From: Felis catus
Lineage: Eukaryota
DNA length: 64,000 nt
NCBI RefSeq assembly: GCF_018350175.1
Contig: NC_058368.1
Location: forward strand, 231,014,001 to 231,078,000
Direction of reading: 5' to 3'
Each line of letters begins with the position of its first letter. The stretch's first letter is position 1. The notes beneath the pieces are model-generated. The model saw only the letters and a program-made list of their open reading frames with translations. It was not told where the DNA came from and searched no databases. Positions 35,454 to 48,145 of the stretch are shown piece by piece. The translations under genes and the position numbers were made by a program.

Positions 35454-36242
35454 AGTATAAATTACACAATATAGACACGGTGTTACACTTCACTGAACTG
35501 GCTCCGAAAGAGAAGACATCCGAGGCAGAGGGTGGGTGCCTTTTCTGAGAGCCCAACACCTCACCCACAGGGCAGCTGGGTTAGCCCTGGATTTGCTTCT
35601 GGAAAGCCCCACAACTCCTTGTTCCCTGAGAAGAATAGCAGGAAACTTGCAAGCATCTCCCTGGGTCCTGCCGTTGTGGTTCTGTGACCTCCTGTCCCCA
35701 CCCTCTGACGGGGACCTTCCCAGTCCTGTGTCCCAGGGGACAAGGTGGCCTCAAGTCTCCCACTGGCCGAGGCGGGGCTGTCCCAAGGCTGTGCCTCCCT
35801 CACATCTTGTCCCCCCTCCCGGCCAGGAGTCCCTGCCTCCAATCAGGACGCTGACGGCTACTCATCTCAGGGTCCCGTGGGTAACTCTGAGCCCCCGCTT
35901 CCCAAACTCGGTCTCCATTTCGCCCTGCCCTGGGGACTTTTCATGATTTCACAATGAATTTCTCTCAGTGGCTGCACACAGCAGATGTTATGCCCCCAAA
36001 CAAATGTCCTGGAATTTCCCCCTGAGAACGTGGAGGCCTCTTCCCAGTCAGCGAGCTCTCCGGGGAGGACTGGCTGGGCTTCTGCCTTGAAGGGCTTCTC
36101 AGGGGCCAGAAAAACAGGTGAGGGGCGAATTTCAGAAAGAAAAAGAAAACAATTCTCTGCCACCAGAGAGGAGCCGAAATTGGTTCACTCAAGGCTCCCA
36201 GATTCTCCATAATTTGCTTTCTGGAGACGTGTCCTCTTCGGG

Positions 36243-36243
<1 letters not shown>

Positions 36244-36278
<35 letters not shown>
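36244..36278. repeat. (TG)n microsatellite
   Basis: Direct read. Confidence 0.92.
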
Positions 36279-36279
<1 letters not shown>

Positions 36280-36289
36280 CACACAGCTG

Positions 36290-37042
36290 CTCCCCCACGA
36301 CACTCCGCTTGCTAAGTCGCTCTGTGATGGATACAGAGACGAAGCCAAGTGAAGATCCTTTTCCTCGCCAGCTTCAGCGCTCTGGTTTCTTGCAACGCGA
36401 AGCTGCCTCCTTTTTCGATTTTCTCTGCACGCGAAGGGCGGGGAGGCTGTGCCGCCAGCCGGGCCCCGCTCACGCCGGCATCGGGAAGGGCACGGCTCCC
36501 GTGCGTGTCCGTCCTGGGCAAGTATTCAGGGTACTTGCCACGGGGCCTCTGTAGTGCGATCTGAGGGTCCCGGGGATGCCCTCCTGCCCCACTTCCCTGA
36601 ACGAGACAGCAATTCATTCCCAAGGGCTCTTCCCCCGCGGTGCTTTTCTGAAATGCAGACACTCCCGGCAGGGCCACCACGCGTCCCGAGTCCCGTGGGC
36701 CCTCGGGCGGGTCACCCACTCCCACGCATTCCCCTCTGTCTTCCCCGGGACCGCCCAACCCAGGACCGCGCGGAGGGGCCCCTTCTCCAATCTTTTCTCT
36801 CTGCGCCTAGACTCCTGGAAGGCTGTGCACGTGTCTTGACAGGCGCAGACCCCGTTTGGAGGGGCCCCGATGTGCGTCCGAGCTGGGGGCACGGGCAACC
36901 TGCGGCGGGGGGGGGGGGGTTGGGGGGCTGGACAGGAAGCTGGAAAAGAGGACGCGCAAAAGAAGAAACGGGTGAGGAAAGCAGACTAATTCCTCTGACT
37001 TCATCATTTTTGTGTAGGAAGAGTTTCTAAAATGGCTTACTT

Positions 37043-37073
<31 letters not shown>

Positions 37074-37390
37074 CCAAACAGATCCCAAAGCCTCTGCTTT
37101 TTATAGAACATCAGTCCCCGGTTCCAAATTAGCAACCCTTAATCTTCCACCGGTCTAGCTCTGCAGTGACTATTAAGCTGCTGGGCTAGGACTTACCTCG
37201 GTGCTCGGATCGCGCCCTGACGAGCGGGGGGGGGGGGGGGGGGGGGGGGGACTGGGGTGTCGGCCGGAGCTTGGGAGGGGGGGCGGGGGGCGGCCTTGAG
37301 CTGGGGCTGCTGCTCCCCAGCGCCGCCCTGGCGGCCGGGCAGGGAGAAGCGCCCCACCGTGCGACCTTTCCCGGCCTTGGCCCCAGTGTA
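36290..37390. promoter_or_regulatory. CpG-enriched patch (orphan CpG-island-like), candidate regulatory element
   Basis: Retained CpGs and GC boxes (gggcgggg at ~36436 and ~37281) in non-repeat DNA. Confidence 0.5.
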
Positions 37391-37799
37391 TCGGTTTTGG
37401 GGCGGCCTCTGTAACCAAGTGCCACAAACTGGCTGGCTTAAAAGAAGCGAAATATATCCTCTCACAGTCCTGGAGGCCAGAATTCCAAAACCAAGGTGTC
37501 AGCAGACTTGATCGTCTGGAAGGCCCGAGGCGGAATCGGTTCCCTGCCTCTCTCCCAGGCTCCAGAGGCTGTGGGCAATCACTGGGGTACCCTGGCAGCT
37601 GTATTACCCCAATCTTCGCACCTGACGTCACATGGCCATCTTCTTTCTTAGAAAGACATCGGTCACCTTGGTTTAGGACTTGGAATGCTCTCATCTTAAT
37701 TAAATCTGCAAAGGCTATTTGCAAATGTGGTCTCATCCTGAGGGTCCAGGTGGACATGACGGGCAGTGGGTGGGTTGGGACACTGTTCAACCTGATGCA
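37387..37799 (-). mobile_element. MaLR LTR (MLT1C-like)
   Basis: Reverse complement of MLT1 ends: tgtatcggtttt...gtaaccaagtgccacaaactggctggcttaaa...ggggacactgttcaacc. Confidence 0.85.
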
Positions 37800-38230
37800 C
37801 GGGACACCAATGCCCACAGCCCCACATAGAAAGGTGGCTGTTTTTCTCTCACTGTATCTGAGAGGCAGGAGCAGCCCTGAGAACATTAACCCTTTAGATC
37901 CGAAAGAAGGCAGGTGTCATGAAAACTGAGCCACTTACTGGGAGGTGACAGGGGCCAGGTCCTCCAGCAGCTGAGGCCCCTGCACCCGGGGGGGCCCTCC
38001 ATGGGCTCTCTCGCCCCGGTTGAGCTTCTACAACCTCCTCCCAAGAGATACTGTTTTCTCCTTCCGGACTTCTCCCACCTTTCAATTAAATTATTGCATC
38101 ATCATATGGGCAAATGGTGCATACCTTGGGCACATCCTCAAACCTATGCGTATTGCCCCAATCCCACCACTCAGCATGCTGGTGAACTTCATTTTAGCCA
38201 TATATGTATTTAAAAATTATTTTGGAGGGG

Positions 38231-38450
38231 GGGGCACCTGGGTGGCTCAGTTTGCTAAGCATCTGATTCTTGATTTCGGCTCAGGTCGTGTTCTCATGGT
38301 TTGTGGGTTCGAGCCCCACGTCAGGCTCTACGCTGACAGTGCAGAGCCTGCTTGGGATTATCTCTCTCCCTGTCTCTCTGCCTCTCCTCCATTCGTGCAC
38401 GCATTCTCTCTCTCCCTCTCTCAAAATAAATAAACATTAAACAAAAACAA
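38231..38450 (+). mobile_element. Can-SINE
   Basis: Typical structure; TSD ttatttt..gga. Confidence 0.92.
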
Positions 38451-39949
38451 AACTTATTTTTTGGACCTCAGATGTACAGAATTGGGTTAATCGTCACCCT
38501 AAATCCATCACACGGTGTCACCTGAATATGCATTGCTCTTTCTGACGGCTTATTTTGTCCTGCGTTTCAAAATATAATAGCATTGATAGGACGACTGATA
38601 TCTGTCTTTTGTGCTATGCACTGTTGCAGGCGTTTAACACGCAGGTGCATTTATTCCCTGCAATAACCCCCGCAGCGGTTTGCTGGCTTCAGCTCCACTT
38701 CACCTCACCTGGCTTGCGAAGTTGATAGTTCAAGTTCTCAAGAATTTCGTGAGTCAGTCGTTAACCATCTGGAGCTTGAAATTGGCCATTATGGCAGCAC
38801 AGGTACCTCCCACCTGTCGAAAATTTGTGTTTCGAAAGACCTCGCTTCGCTTTTATGAAAGACCTCTATTAGTACCTGTTTGGGCTGACCGAAAGATACC
38901 CAAAAGAGGATTTTCACTTTCACGAGGGCAGGGGAAACACAGCAACAGCGGCCAGCACTGCTTTCACAGCGAGGTGAGCTGGTGTCAGCGTGCATCGGAG
39001 CCTGGGGGGAGGGGGGAGCGGGGGGGGGGGGGGACCACCCAGCTCCTTCCCCAGAACCACACCCAGCGTCTCAGCGCCCAGCCCCCAGAGCTTTGAACTG
39101 CCTCCATCCGTGAGCATCTGGACCTTATCTCCTGGTATTTTATGCATCTCTTAGCACTGTGCCCCCAGGGCTCAGAAAAGCCTAAAAGAGGTTATTTCGG
39201 AGGCCCGTCTGGGATGGTTCAAAAAATTTTAACATCAATTAATGGTCATCGCTTCTTTGTTTTGCTTTTCGGCTTATGAACATTTTCATAGGAATGCTCC
39301 ACGTTTGGATAGCGGGGGCAACCTGGATTCCCAAAATAACACAGCAGTGCCACAAATCTGGGGTGTGCTTTGCATCGGGACCCCCTTTAACATCACACCA
39401 CTGCCTAGGGGTTGGCACTCTCGTCATTCCCGCTTTACGATGAAGAAACCCAGGGAGGGAAGGAAGCTACCTGCTCAGGTCACCCAGCTAGGAAATGGCG
39501 ACCTTGACTCTGAACCCAGGATTTGAACCCAGGAAGTATGCCAGGCTCCTGAGTCTCATGACACCACAGCTGTCGCTTGAACCCTGGTGTTTTTCATCCA
39601 TCACAAGCAGCTTTCACAGGCATTAAAAACTCTTGAGAACTCACTTTTCAATGGCCGCGTGCTGTGCCGTTAATCATTCCCAGGGTGGGCCAACGAGGTG
39701 TTCCTAAGTGTTCCCATCCTGTGAAAATTTTGGCTTGACCGGCCTCTTCCCTTCCTTGTGGTGTGGGTCCTGGGGATCTGGGCCCAGGACCACCCTTGTC
39801 TACAGGCACCAAGGATCAAGTGGGGATCAGAGACCGAAACTTTCTCCAGGGACAGCGGGAACCCTTCACTGGTCTTTTCTCTAGTGGTGAATTCAGACTC
39901 TACTAGGAGACGGACGGATGACAAAACCTCAGACAGATTTACTGTGACA

Positions 39950-40340
39950 TCTCCCACACCACTCACTCCCACACATACAATCGCACATATGTACATATTC
40001 ACACACACACAGCACTCATTGTCTCCCACATGCTCACTCACTCACATACATGTGCACACAAATGTACACGAACACACATGCTGGCACGCATTCACAAACA
40101 CTCAGGAACACAGGTACATCCACACCATTCTCATCTGCCAGCACACTCACCCATGCATCCACACACATATAAACTTACACACGTATTTATACACCTACAC
40201 ATACTCACATATACACATATACACACACATCCACACTCACACGTATGCACACACACACATATACATTCATATGCACACTCACCCTCACACATATAGACAC
40301 ATCTGCACGTATATACGCACACGTGCACACACGTATGCAC
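39950..40340. repeat. Degenerate CA/TA-rich low-complexity tract
   Basis: Imperfect (CA)n/(CATA)n; explains the His/Thr-rich ORFs. Confidence 0.9.
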
Positions 40341-40349
40341 CCCGTTCTG

Positions 40350-40655
40350 TTGCACGCCTCTCCCCTGCTTCTGGGGACGTGCTGGAAATCTTTCGTGTTC
40401 CTTGGCTTGTGGACACTTCACCCTAATCCCCATCTTTATCTTCGTGTGCCCACCTCCCAGTGCAAATTCCGTGACCCAGTTCACCCCCCCATCTGAAAGA
40501 CACCAGTCTTACCGGGTCCGCCCTCATGACCTCATCTCAACTAAGTACATCTGCAACAACACTGTTTCCAAGTAAGGTCACTTTCGGAGGTCGTGGGGCT
40601 TAGGATTCCAACAGATGAATGGGGGGGGGGGAGGACACGAAATTCAGCCCATAAC
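40350..40655 (-). mobile_element. MaLR LTR fragment (MLT1-like)
   Basis: atgacctcatctcaactaagtacatctgcaacaacactgtttccaagtaaggtcac. Confidence 0.75.
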
Positions 40656-40860
40656 TTGGAACAGCCTAATCTTCTTCCCACCCCGCTGCTTCCTCCAGAT
40701 TATTCGGGTTATTTGGGAGGGTGGCGTGAGAAGACGTAAGTTTAGACGTGCTCAGCCCTTGTCTGCGCACCGACTGTCCCCCAGACACGCTCACTCAGTT
40801 GCAGTAGGACCTCGAGGATTTTTTCTGGTAGAAATGAAGCTGATTGGAAAGACTGTGGAG

Positions 40861-41083
40861 GCGCGGTGCCTGGGGGGCTCAGTCGGTTAAGCGTCCCACT
40901 TGATTCGGCTCAGGTCACCATCTCATGGTTGGTGAGTTCGAGCCCCGCCTCGGGCTCTGTGCTGGCAGCGTGGAACCTGCTCGGGATTCTGTCTCTCCCT
41001 CTCTCTGCCCCTCCCCAGCGTGTGCGCGCTTTCTCTCTCTCTCAAAAAATAAATAAATAAATTAATTAATTAATTAATAAAAA
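40861..41083 (+). mobile_element. Can-SINE
   Basis: TSD aaaga(c/g)tgtgg. Confidence 0.9.
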
Positions 41084-42333
41084 AGAGTGTGGGGTCATGG
41101 GATATTTATATACAATACCTGAGACACTGGCCTTGAGCTATCTTTCCACACAGAAGACAGGAGGAAGGCTGGGTGACTCAATCACATTTCCGCTGTATCC
41201 TCGCAAGAAGAGAGGAGAATTCCACAGATGGGCGCCTCGGTCGGTTTCTTACGAACACGGCATTGGTTAAATCATGACAAAACTTCACATCTATTAATGT
41301 CTCTCTCAACAGTTCTTAATTCGCATTCTCTCTAAACATGCCAGAGAGCAGCCCAGCAATTTCCTTAGGCTAATGCATCAGAGGAATTCAGGAGCCTCTA
41401 AAGTTACGAATTTTGTACCCGCCTCCCCACTCCAAAGAAACTGGATGCTTCTAAGGTTGGGACTGGGCTCTTCTCTGATAGATCTCTATCAAGAAATTGT
41501 GACTCAAGTCTGCTCGTGGTGAGGCATGCCTGCGATCTGCTCTACCGGCTGTGTGTCGAGCAGATTACTCACCCTCTCTGAGGCTCGTGTTCAAAATGTA
41601 TAAAAGAGAGAGCTTAAGACCTCCTTGTCAAAGTGGGTGTAGGAACTCAATGAAGTGATGTAGGCGGAGTCTGTGGTACAGCGTGGGCACACAGCAGCAC
41701 AGGCTAAACACCAGATTCCTTTCATCTCTCCCCTGAGCGAGGGTCTTAACAGCATCCGATCCCCTCCCCCGCCACCCACTAAAGATTATGGCCTCCCAAG
41801 CACATGAGTCATTTGCAAATTCAAACTATTAATATACAATTGCTTTAGGGCACTTTACACAAGAAACCAAATTTGTGTTACAACTATTGACTCCAGAATT
41901 CTGTCAAGACCAGAATCATCAGGCTCGATGTTCCATCCATGGTTCTTCCCACCCTTCCTGCCGGCCTGCCGCACAGCTGTGTTTGCCATGTCTTTTGTTG
42001 AATAAAGGGATGGTGTGTTAGGTCAGGCTGTGTCTGCTCCCAGGAACAGAGAGCCTGGCTGCCGTAGCAAATGGTCGTGCGGTTCCTGGATGCTGGGAAG
42101 CCCAGAAATCTGAGGTCACTGGTCTTGCTTTCACTGCTGAACAATGCCATCAGGGACCCAGGCTCACCCCCATCCCTATCAAGTTGCCTTTTCATCCTCA
42201 GGCTCGTTTCCTCTTGGCTTCAAAAGGGCTGCTGCGGCCCCAGACATCACGTTAACTTCAAGACAGCAAGAAGGAAGACAAGAGGAGGCTGTGGCCATGT
42301 CTGGGCCTTTCATCAGGAAAGCTAAACATTTTG

Positions 42334-42561
42334 GGGCGCTTGAGTGGCTCAGGGGGTTAAGCATCCGACTTCAGCTCAGGTCACGATCTCATGGTTCATC
42401 AGTTGGAGACCCACGTCGGGCTCTGTGCTGACAGCTCGGAGCCTGGAGCCTGCTTCGGATTCTGTGTCTCCCTCTCTCTCTGCCCCTCCCCCACTCATGC
42501 TCTGTCTCTCTCTCTCTCTCTCTCAAAAATAAATAAACATCAAAAAAATTTTTTTAAAAAA
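42334..42561 (+). mobile_element. Can-SINE (within an old MLT1-like remnant ~42050-42700)
   Basis: 17-bp TSD gaaagctaaacattttg. Confidence 0.93.
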
Positions 42562-45243
42562 GAAAGCTAAACATTTTGCAAGAGCCAGGTGACTTCTGTT
42601 TTCATGCAGTGGGCCTCCGGCTGCAAGAAGGATTGTATATAGGGGTCGGATGGCGATTCTTTGCCAACAAGGCAGAGGGCAGGGATGGATGTTGGGCACA
42701 TTGCTACTGGGTCTGTCATAACAACTCGGAATGACCTGGGGGTAGCCACTCAGGAGAGAGGCTGGAAATAGCCTGGTGTGGAGCCTCGGTGGGATATTAG
42801 GGACTAAGGCCTAGTCCCGTCCTGGAGGCCCCTGTGACTTTTGTGGAGACCCGAAGGCAAGAAAGTGGGAAACAGTCCACAGACACACAGAATAACTCTT
42901 ACCTTCAAAAGCCAGGACAACTTTGCAGAACGGGGGGTCTGATACCTGCTGGGGGCACACTTCCTTGATCATCCTGGCCTATTCAGATTTGTTTTCAGAC
43001 AGTATTTGTTGTGGCAATAAATGAACACACCCACATTTGCCCATCTCAGTGGAAGTCATTGTGGGCAATCTTGGGAAAGGGTGCTTTTCAGTTTTACAGC
43101 TGTCTTTGCCCAAGACACCTATGAGGTACTCACTGAATTCGGGTTAGGAGTCCCATGTGAAAACCAGTTTGATTCTTTAAAGGCAGCCCTCGGTTTTCAC
43201 CTAAAAATGCCTTCTTTATTCAAATTTGATCATTCACCTCGCTTCCCGGACTCAGCTCTGAGTGACTCAGCTTTCTCCGGCGTCAACCCTTAGAGTTTGA
43301 AGGTTTTCGATTTTTTTTTTTTTTTTTTTTTTTTGGTGGGAATATATTCAAAACAACTTGCCACAAGGTTGGAAAGCAGTTCAAGCATCACGGACGCTGA
43401 AATCTGCATCTCGCTTCTCAAGGGGACTCCTCTTGGGGATGTGGGGGACCGGGAGGTTGTGAAGGATCAGTTGCATAATCATGATGTGTCCTCTCCTGCC
43501 GCGGACCGGACGAGGCGGTGGCGCCCGCCTGAGGCCGGTCACGCTGGGGAGGCCCACCCTCCCCGGGGGGGGAGAGGTGTGCAGAGCACCAGGCAGCTCC
43601 TGGAGGCGCAGAAGAATTCCCACGGGAGACTGGGAAGAAGCGGGCCTGCCCGGAAAGTCGCAGGGGTGGAATACGACGGGCTCCACCAGTGCACGAGCTG
43701 GGCTCCCAGCCCATCTGGCCTCAGGCGCTGCCAGCGCGTGGGGCCCATGAGCAGGTGAGGTCACCCGCGATGGCGTCCCCGAGAGGCCACGCCTGCCACT
43801 CAGGTGCTGTTTGGGTGAAGGGGGGCACGAGTTTGCTCTGTCATTCCACAGCCTCATTCTAAGACCCTCGGAGCCCCTGGCCCGCGGGTTGGGACCCTGC
43901 CGGTGACGATGGTGAGGAGGCCCCGGGTGTGTGTGTGTGGGGGGGGGGGGGGGCGTGGCAGATGCCCGGCCGGGACAGGCAGGTCCAGCTGCCCAAGGCG
44001 GGTGAGCAGCGTCAGCCTGTCCCTTATTCTGCCTTTTCCCTCCTTATGGTCAAATCCAGGTACCGAGCGAGCACGCGCCTTGCGTGGGTGACGTTGGAAA
44101 GCACAGCTGGTCCAGGCTGGGAGAGTTAAATTAGAACAATTTTAATTAGGGCCTCATAACTGCCAGCGCTTTTCATTCAGTTATTCATTAACGCTCGTCC
44201 CACAAACATTTGTTAAGTACCCACTGTGTGCCAGCTACTGGCACCACGATGCTTAACCGTTTGGGAGCCAAAGTGATTACGAGAGAAATCTCCTGGTTTT
44301 TTGGCTGAGCCAGGGAGGCAGTGGCTGGAATCCTCTGCAGGAGAACCATCACGTTATTGTCTTTCACAAAGGCAGATGGTACATGCAGATCTGTGGGCGC
44401 GATAGTTTAGCATAAGCAGCACTTTCATCAAAGTAATTTCAAGGTCTTTATTGCAGCAGCCTCCGCACCCCCCGCCCCAAGGTCAGCATTTCACCAGCCT
44501 GAGTGCCGTTTGCTTGGTGTCCGACACAGCCATCTGTCAGATGTTCCGGGGAACCTGGCCGCAAGGGAAGCGCTATCTGGGAACCAGGAACAGTGAAGCT
44601 GGTCCGTTCCCCAGGAAGAGAGAGACCGAAGGAAAAATTAACCCAGGAACTGAGTCACGCATCCATGTCTATCCGTGTGCGGGGAGTCGGATTCGATCCC
44701 TCCGTCTTGGCCAGACCGCAGACAGGGTCGTCTCGGCGCGAGCAGAGGACCTGGAAGTTACTACGCTCTCGGGAACCACGTAGGTGGTCATGCCTTGCTT
44801 CGTCCCGTGACCTCCCCACACCCCTGTCACCACTGCCAGAGGGACTTCTGATCACTGTCCCCGCCGTGGCCTCGCATAAAACCCCCGACTGCTAAACTCC
44901 AGCATACGGTCGGCACGTCTCGGGTGCCCTGCGTGGGCTAAGCCTGGCTCAGCTCTCCAGAGGCAGCTCCCATCCTGTCCTGGGGTCACCACCCCCCTCC
45001 AGGCACATACAGTCATACAAATACACACAACACACATGCACACGTATACACGCAAACACATGCATGTACATGTGCGCGCACACACACACACACCACTAAA
45101 ACGCCAACCCTCCTCCCCAGGCCAGGGTCCCTTCCTCTCCGACTTCCTCGCCTGGTTCCCTCCTGCTTCGCTTTATTCTCGATTCTATTGGCGTGCTTCC
45201 TCCCAGGCACCCTGCGGCTCCTTCCAGGAGGAATACAGCATCT

Positions 45244-45493
45244 TTCTTTCTTTCTTTCTTCCTTTTTTTTAAATTTTTTTAACGTTACTTATTTTTGAGA
45301 GGCAGAGAGAAAGGTAGAGCATGAGTGGGGGAGGAGCAGAGAGAGAGGGAGACACAGAATCCGAAGCAGGCTCCGGGCTCTGAGCTGCCAGCACAGAGCC
45401 CGACATGGGACTCGAACCCACGAACTGTGAGATCATGACCTGAGCCTGAGCCGAAGTTAGATGCTTAACCGACCGAGCCCGCCGGGCGCCCCC
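45244..45493 (-). mobile_element. Can-SINE
   Basis: Antisense; TSD cagcatct; internal 6-bp duplication cctgagcctgag. Confidence 0.92.
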
Positions 45494-45699
45494 AGCATCT
45501 GTCTTTATGCCCCAATTTCCCAGCTCACAGACAGTGAGAGACACATAACCTGTCTTTCTTCCCGCGTTGGGTTCGGAGACAAGGAAATTGGACTATCCTG
45601 CAAGTATAAATGCCCTCTGGCTCAGAACTAACTCCTCCGGGGGTCAAATTTGGGCCAAGGCCTGGGCAAACCGTAAATGTTGCAAACACAGAGCTACCA

Positions 45700-45875
45700 G
45701 CACTCTTCATGCATTGATGTATTTAATCCGTATAACAACCCACTCGTGGCTATTATCGTCACCACTACACAGACGAACTGAGAGGCACAGAGAGGTTCAC
45801 TGACTTTCCCAAAGCCACAGAGCTGGTAAGTGGATTTGAACCCAGGCAGCTCTAGAGCTGGTCTCTTAGCCAGAG
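45700..45875 (-). mobile_element. MIR remnant
   Basis: aactgagaggcacagagaggttcactgactttcccaaagccacagagctggtaagtggatttgaacccaggc. Confidence 0.75.
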
Positions 45876-45949
45876 CCTAGGAGGTCTTGCCTCACCAAGG
45901 GTCCCTATCCCCAGGGCTCCATCACCCACACACGCTCATGACACTACCC

Positions 45950-46440
45950 ATGCCGCAGAAACAGCATCCCAAGGTTAAAGGCATCCAATAAGAACCATTT
46001 TATCATGCCGAGGGATTCTGTGGGTCGAGACTTGCGTGGGGTGAAATGGGGATGGATTGCAGGCTCAGCGGGGAAGACGTGCGTCATCCGGGGCTGGGGT
46101 CATCTGGAGGCTTCCGGACTCTCAGTTCCCGGCCTGGGATGACATGAAGGCTGGGTTCGGCTGCGATGTTGGTGGCGTGGGCTTCTCACAGCACGGTGAC
46201 TGGCACCTGAGCAGGAGCGAGCACGCCAAGGGGGAATATTCCAAGAGAACCAGGCAGAAGCTTCGGGACCTGTTCTGACCTAACCTCAGAAGTCACGGGG
46301 CGTCCCTTACTGCCACGTGCTATTAGTTACAAGGCAGCCGGAGGCTGGAAGAAAGAGACTCCATTTCTCAGCAAGGGCGTGACAAGGTCACGTTGCAGGA
46401 GTGCCTGAGGGAGGGGAGAGAATACTGTGGAAAACACAGC
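45950..46440 (-). mobile_element. Old MaLR LTR (MLT1-like)
   Basis: ggattctgtgggtc...ggggtcatctggaggctt...cctcagaagtcac...gactccatttctc. Confidence 0.6.
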
Positions 46441-47769
46441 TTGCCTAGCCCGGGCCTGCCTACTGCAGAAACTTCTTTGCCCCAATTTGAGTGACCTCAT
46501 CCTGAAGGTATTCACTTCTCACTTTGGTTGTCTTGCTGTTCCTGTGAGTGAGGAAGCACCTTTGATGGGTAACGTGAGCATTTTGCAGGTGGACTGGGTG
46601 ACCCAAAATGGCGACCCAACTAGAGAAGGCTCAACCGGTCCTGACAGCGGCCTCTGTCTCGTGTTGCGCCGGAGTCTTACCTGGTAGTTGGGCCATAGAA
46701 GACAACGATGGCACTACTTTTCATCACTACTGTACTATGCCTGACCTAAATCTCTTCTCCGGTTGTACTGTTTGGGGACTTGTTGAGACCATGGGTTCAA
46801 GGCCCATCCACAGAGTCTGGTTGAATTGTCTGGGGCCGGGAAGCATTGATTTTTTTTTTTTCTAGGGTCCACAGGTAATGCTGTTGGACACCTGAGCTGG
46901 AGAACACCTGTCTTAGATGAAGACCTTTGTGACTCTTGGCTTAGACCACCTTCTATCTTCAGAGGCCAAGGTAGGTGTGTGGTGCCTTCACTGGCTCCCA
47001 GACACAACATACTCTTTTTAAAGAGTTTGTGCACTCGGGCTGTCACTTGCCCATTGGCCCAGGCTAAGTAGCTATCTGTGCTGAAAAACTATGGGGCAGA
47101 TACAATGTGCTAGCTGCAGTGTTCCCTGGTGATGGCCGGCAGGTGCAAATCTGAAATGCAGACTCATTGCGTGGCTATAATTCTTCCTAATAACTCAGAA
47201 GAAGGGGCCAAGAGCATTTCCCCAAGGTACTACTTGCCTGTAAATGACACTCCAGAGGGAGAAGAAGGAAGCTCCCCCTGATTTTCTTTCCCTGGCCTTG
47301 GGCAGTGTGGGCATTTATCTTCACAAACGATGCTCAAAATATGTTTGGCATCAATCTGGTTTTTGGGGTTGTTTTTTGTTTTTTGGGGTTTTTTTTTTAA
47401 TGGGAGTGTACAAAAGCTTGTGCCAGTACCTTTAAATATTTTAGACGCTCCTAAAATGTCATCTGGCTGAACCAATCTTTTTTTTCCAATTTGGTGTGAG
47501 ATGCACGAATGCTAATTTAAGCAATCGACTCATAACTGAGCAATGAAACCATGACAGAAGAAGCTCTCTGTGCAGGCGGGGATGGGGCCATAACTCCTTC
47601 TGTGTAGGAACATGCCACAGTATTGCAAAAGTGTTGGCTTGTCTCCCGGAGTGATAAGAACACCGTTAATGTTCCTTAGAGCTGCTTCCTATAGGCGGTT
47701 CAACCTATGTTTCAGGAGGGCAACATCAAAACCAATGACGTATCTGTTGAAGTGCTAGAGAGGCCACCT

Positions 47770-47955
47770 TCACTTTGACCAAGAACCTCTGGATCCTGTT
47801 TGCTGCTGTCACTGGCCGTGTGGCCTTGGGCAAGTTATTTTAACCTCTCATGTGCAAAATAAGGTTAACAGTGATGCTTCCTGGGGTTGTTGTGAGGGTT
47901 ATGAGTTAATGTGGGTGAAACAGTTCAAGGGTTCCTTGGCGAAGAGTAAGTGCTC
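47770..47955 (+). mobile_element. MIR remnant
   Basis: gtgtggccttgggcaagttattttaacctctc...ggttgttgtgaggg...agtaagtgctca. Confidence 0.75.
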
Positions 47956-48109
47956 ATGAGGATGACCTGTCATCCCACCATTTTGAAACACCGCCACTAG
48001 ATGGGTTTTTCCGGGGAGTGAGGTTGCATCCTGTTCCCAATTCAGTAATCACTGGGGGCATTGCTGCAAAGCTTTGAAACCTTCCCCACCCCACCTCAAA
48101 CACACGCAT

Positions 48110-48111
<2 letters not shown>

Positions 48112-48143
<32 letters not shown>
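48112..48143. repeat. (CA)n microsatellite
   Basis: Direct read. Confidence 0.92.

Positions 48144-48145
<2 letters not shown>

Noticed and set aside
37047..37073. Isolated A27 run as a retrocopy tail
   Set aside because: No upstream AATAAA, element body or TSD visible; treated as a simple homopolymer.
37173..37886. 237-aa minus-strand ORF
   Set aside because: Runs through an MLT1 LTR and a poly-G tract; not protein-like.
39758..40496. His/Thr-rich 222-aa ORF
   Set aside because: Translation of a CA-rich low-complexity tract.
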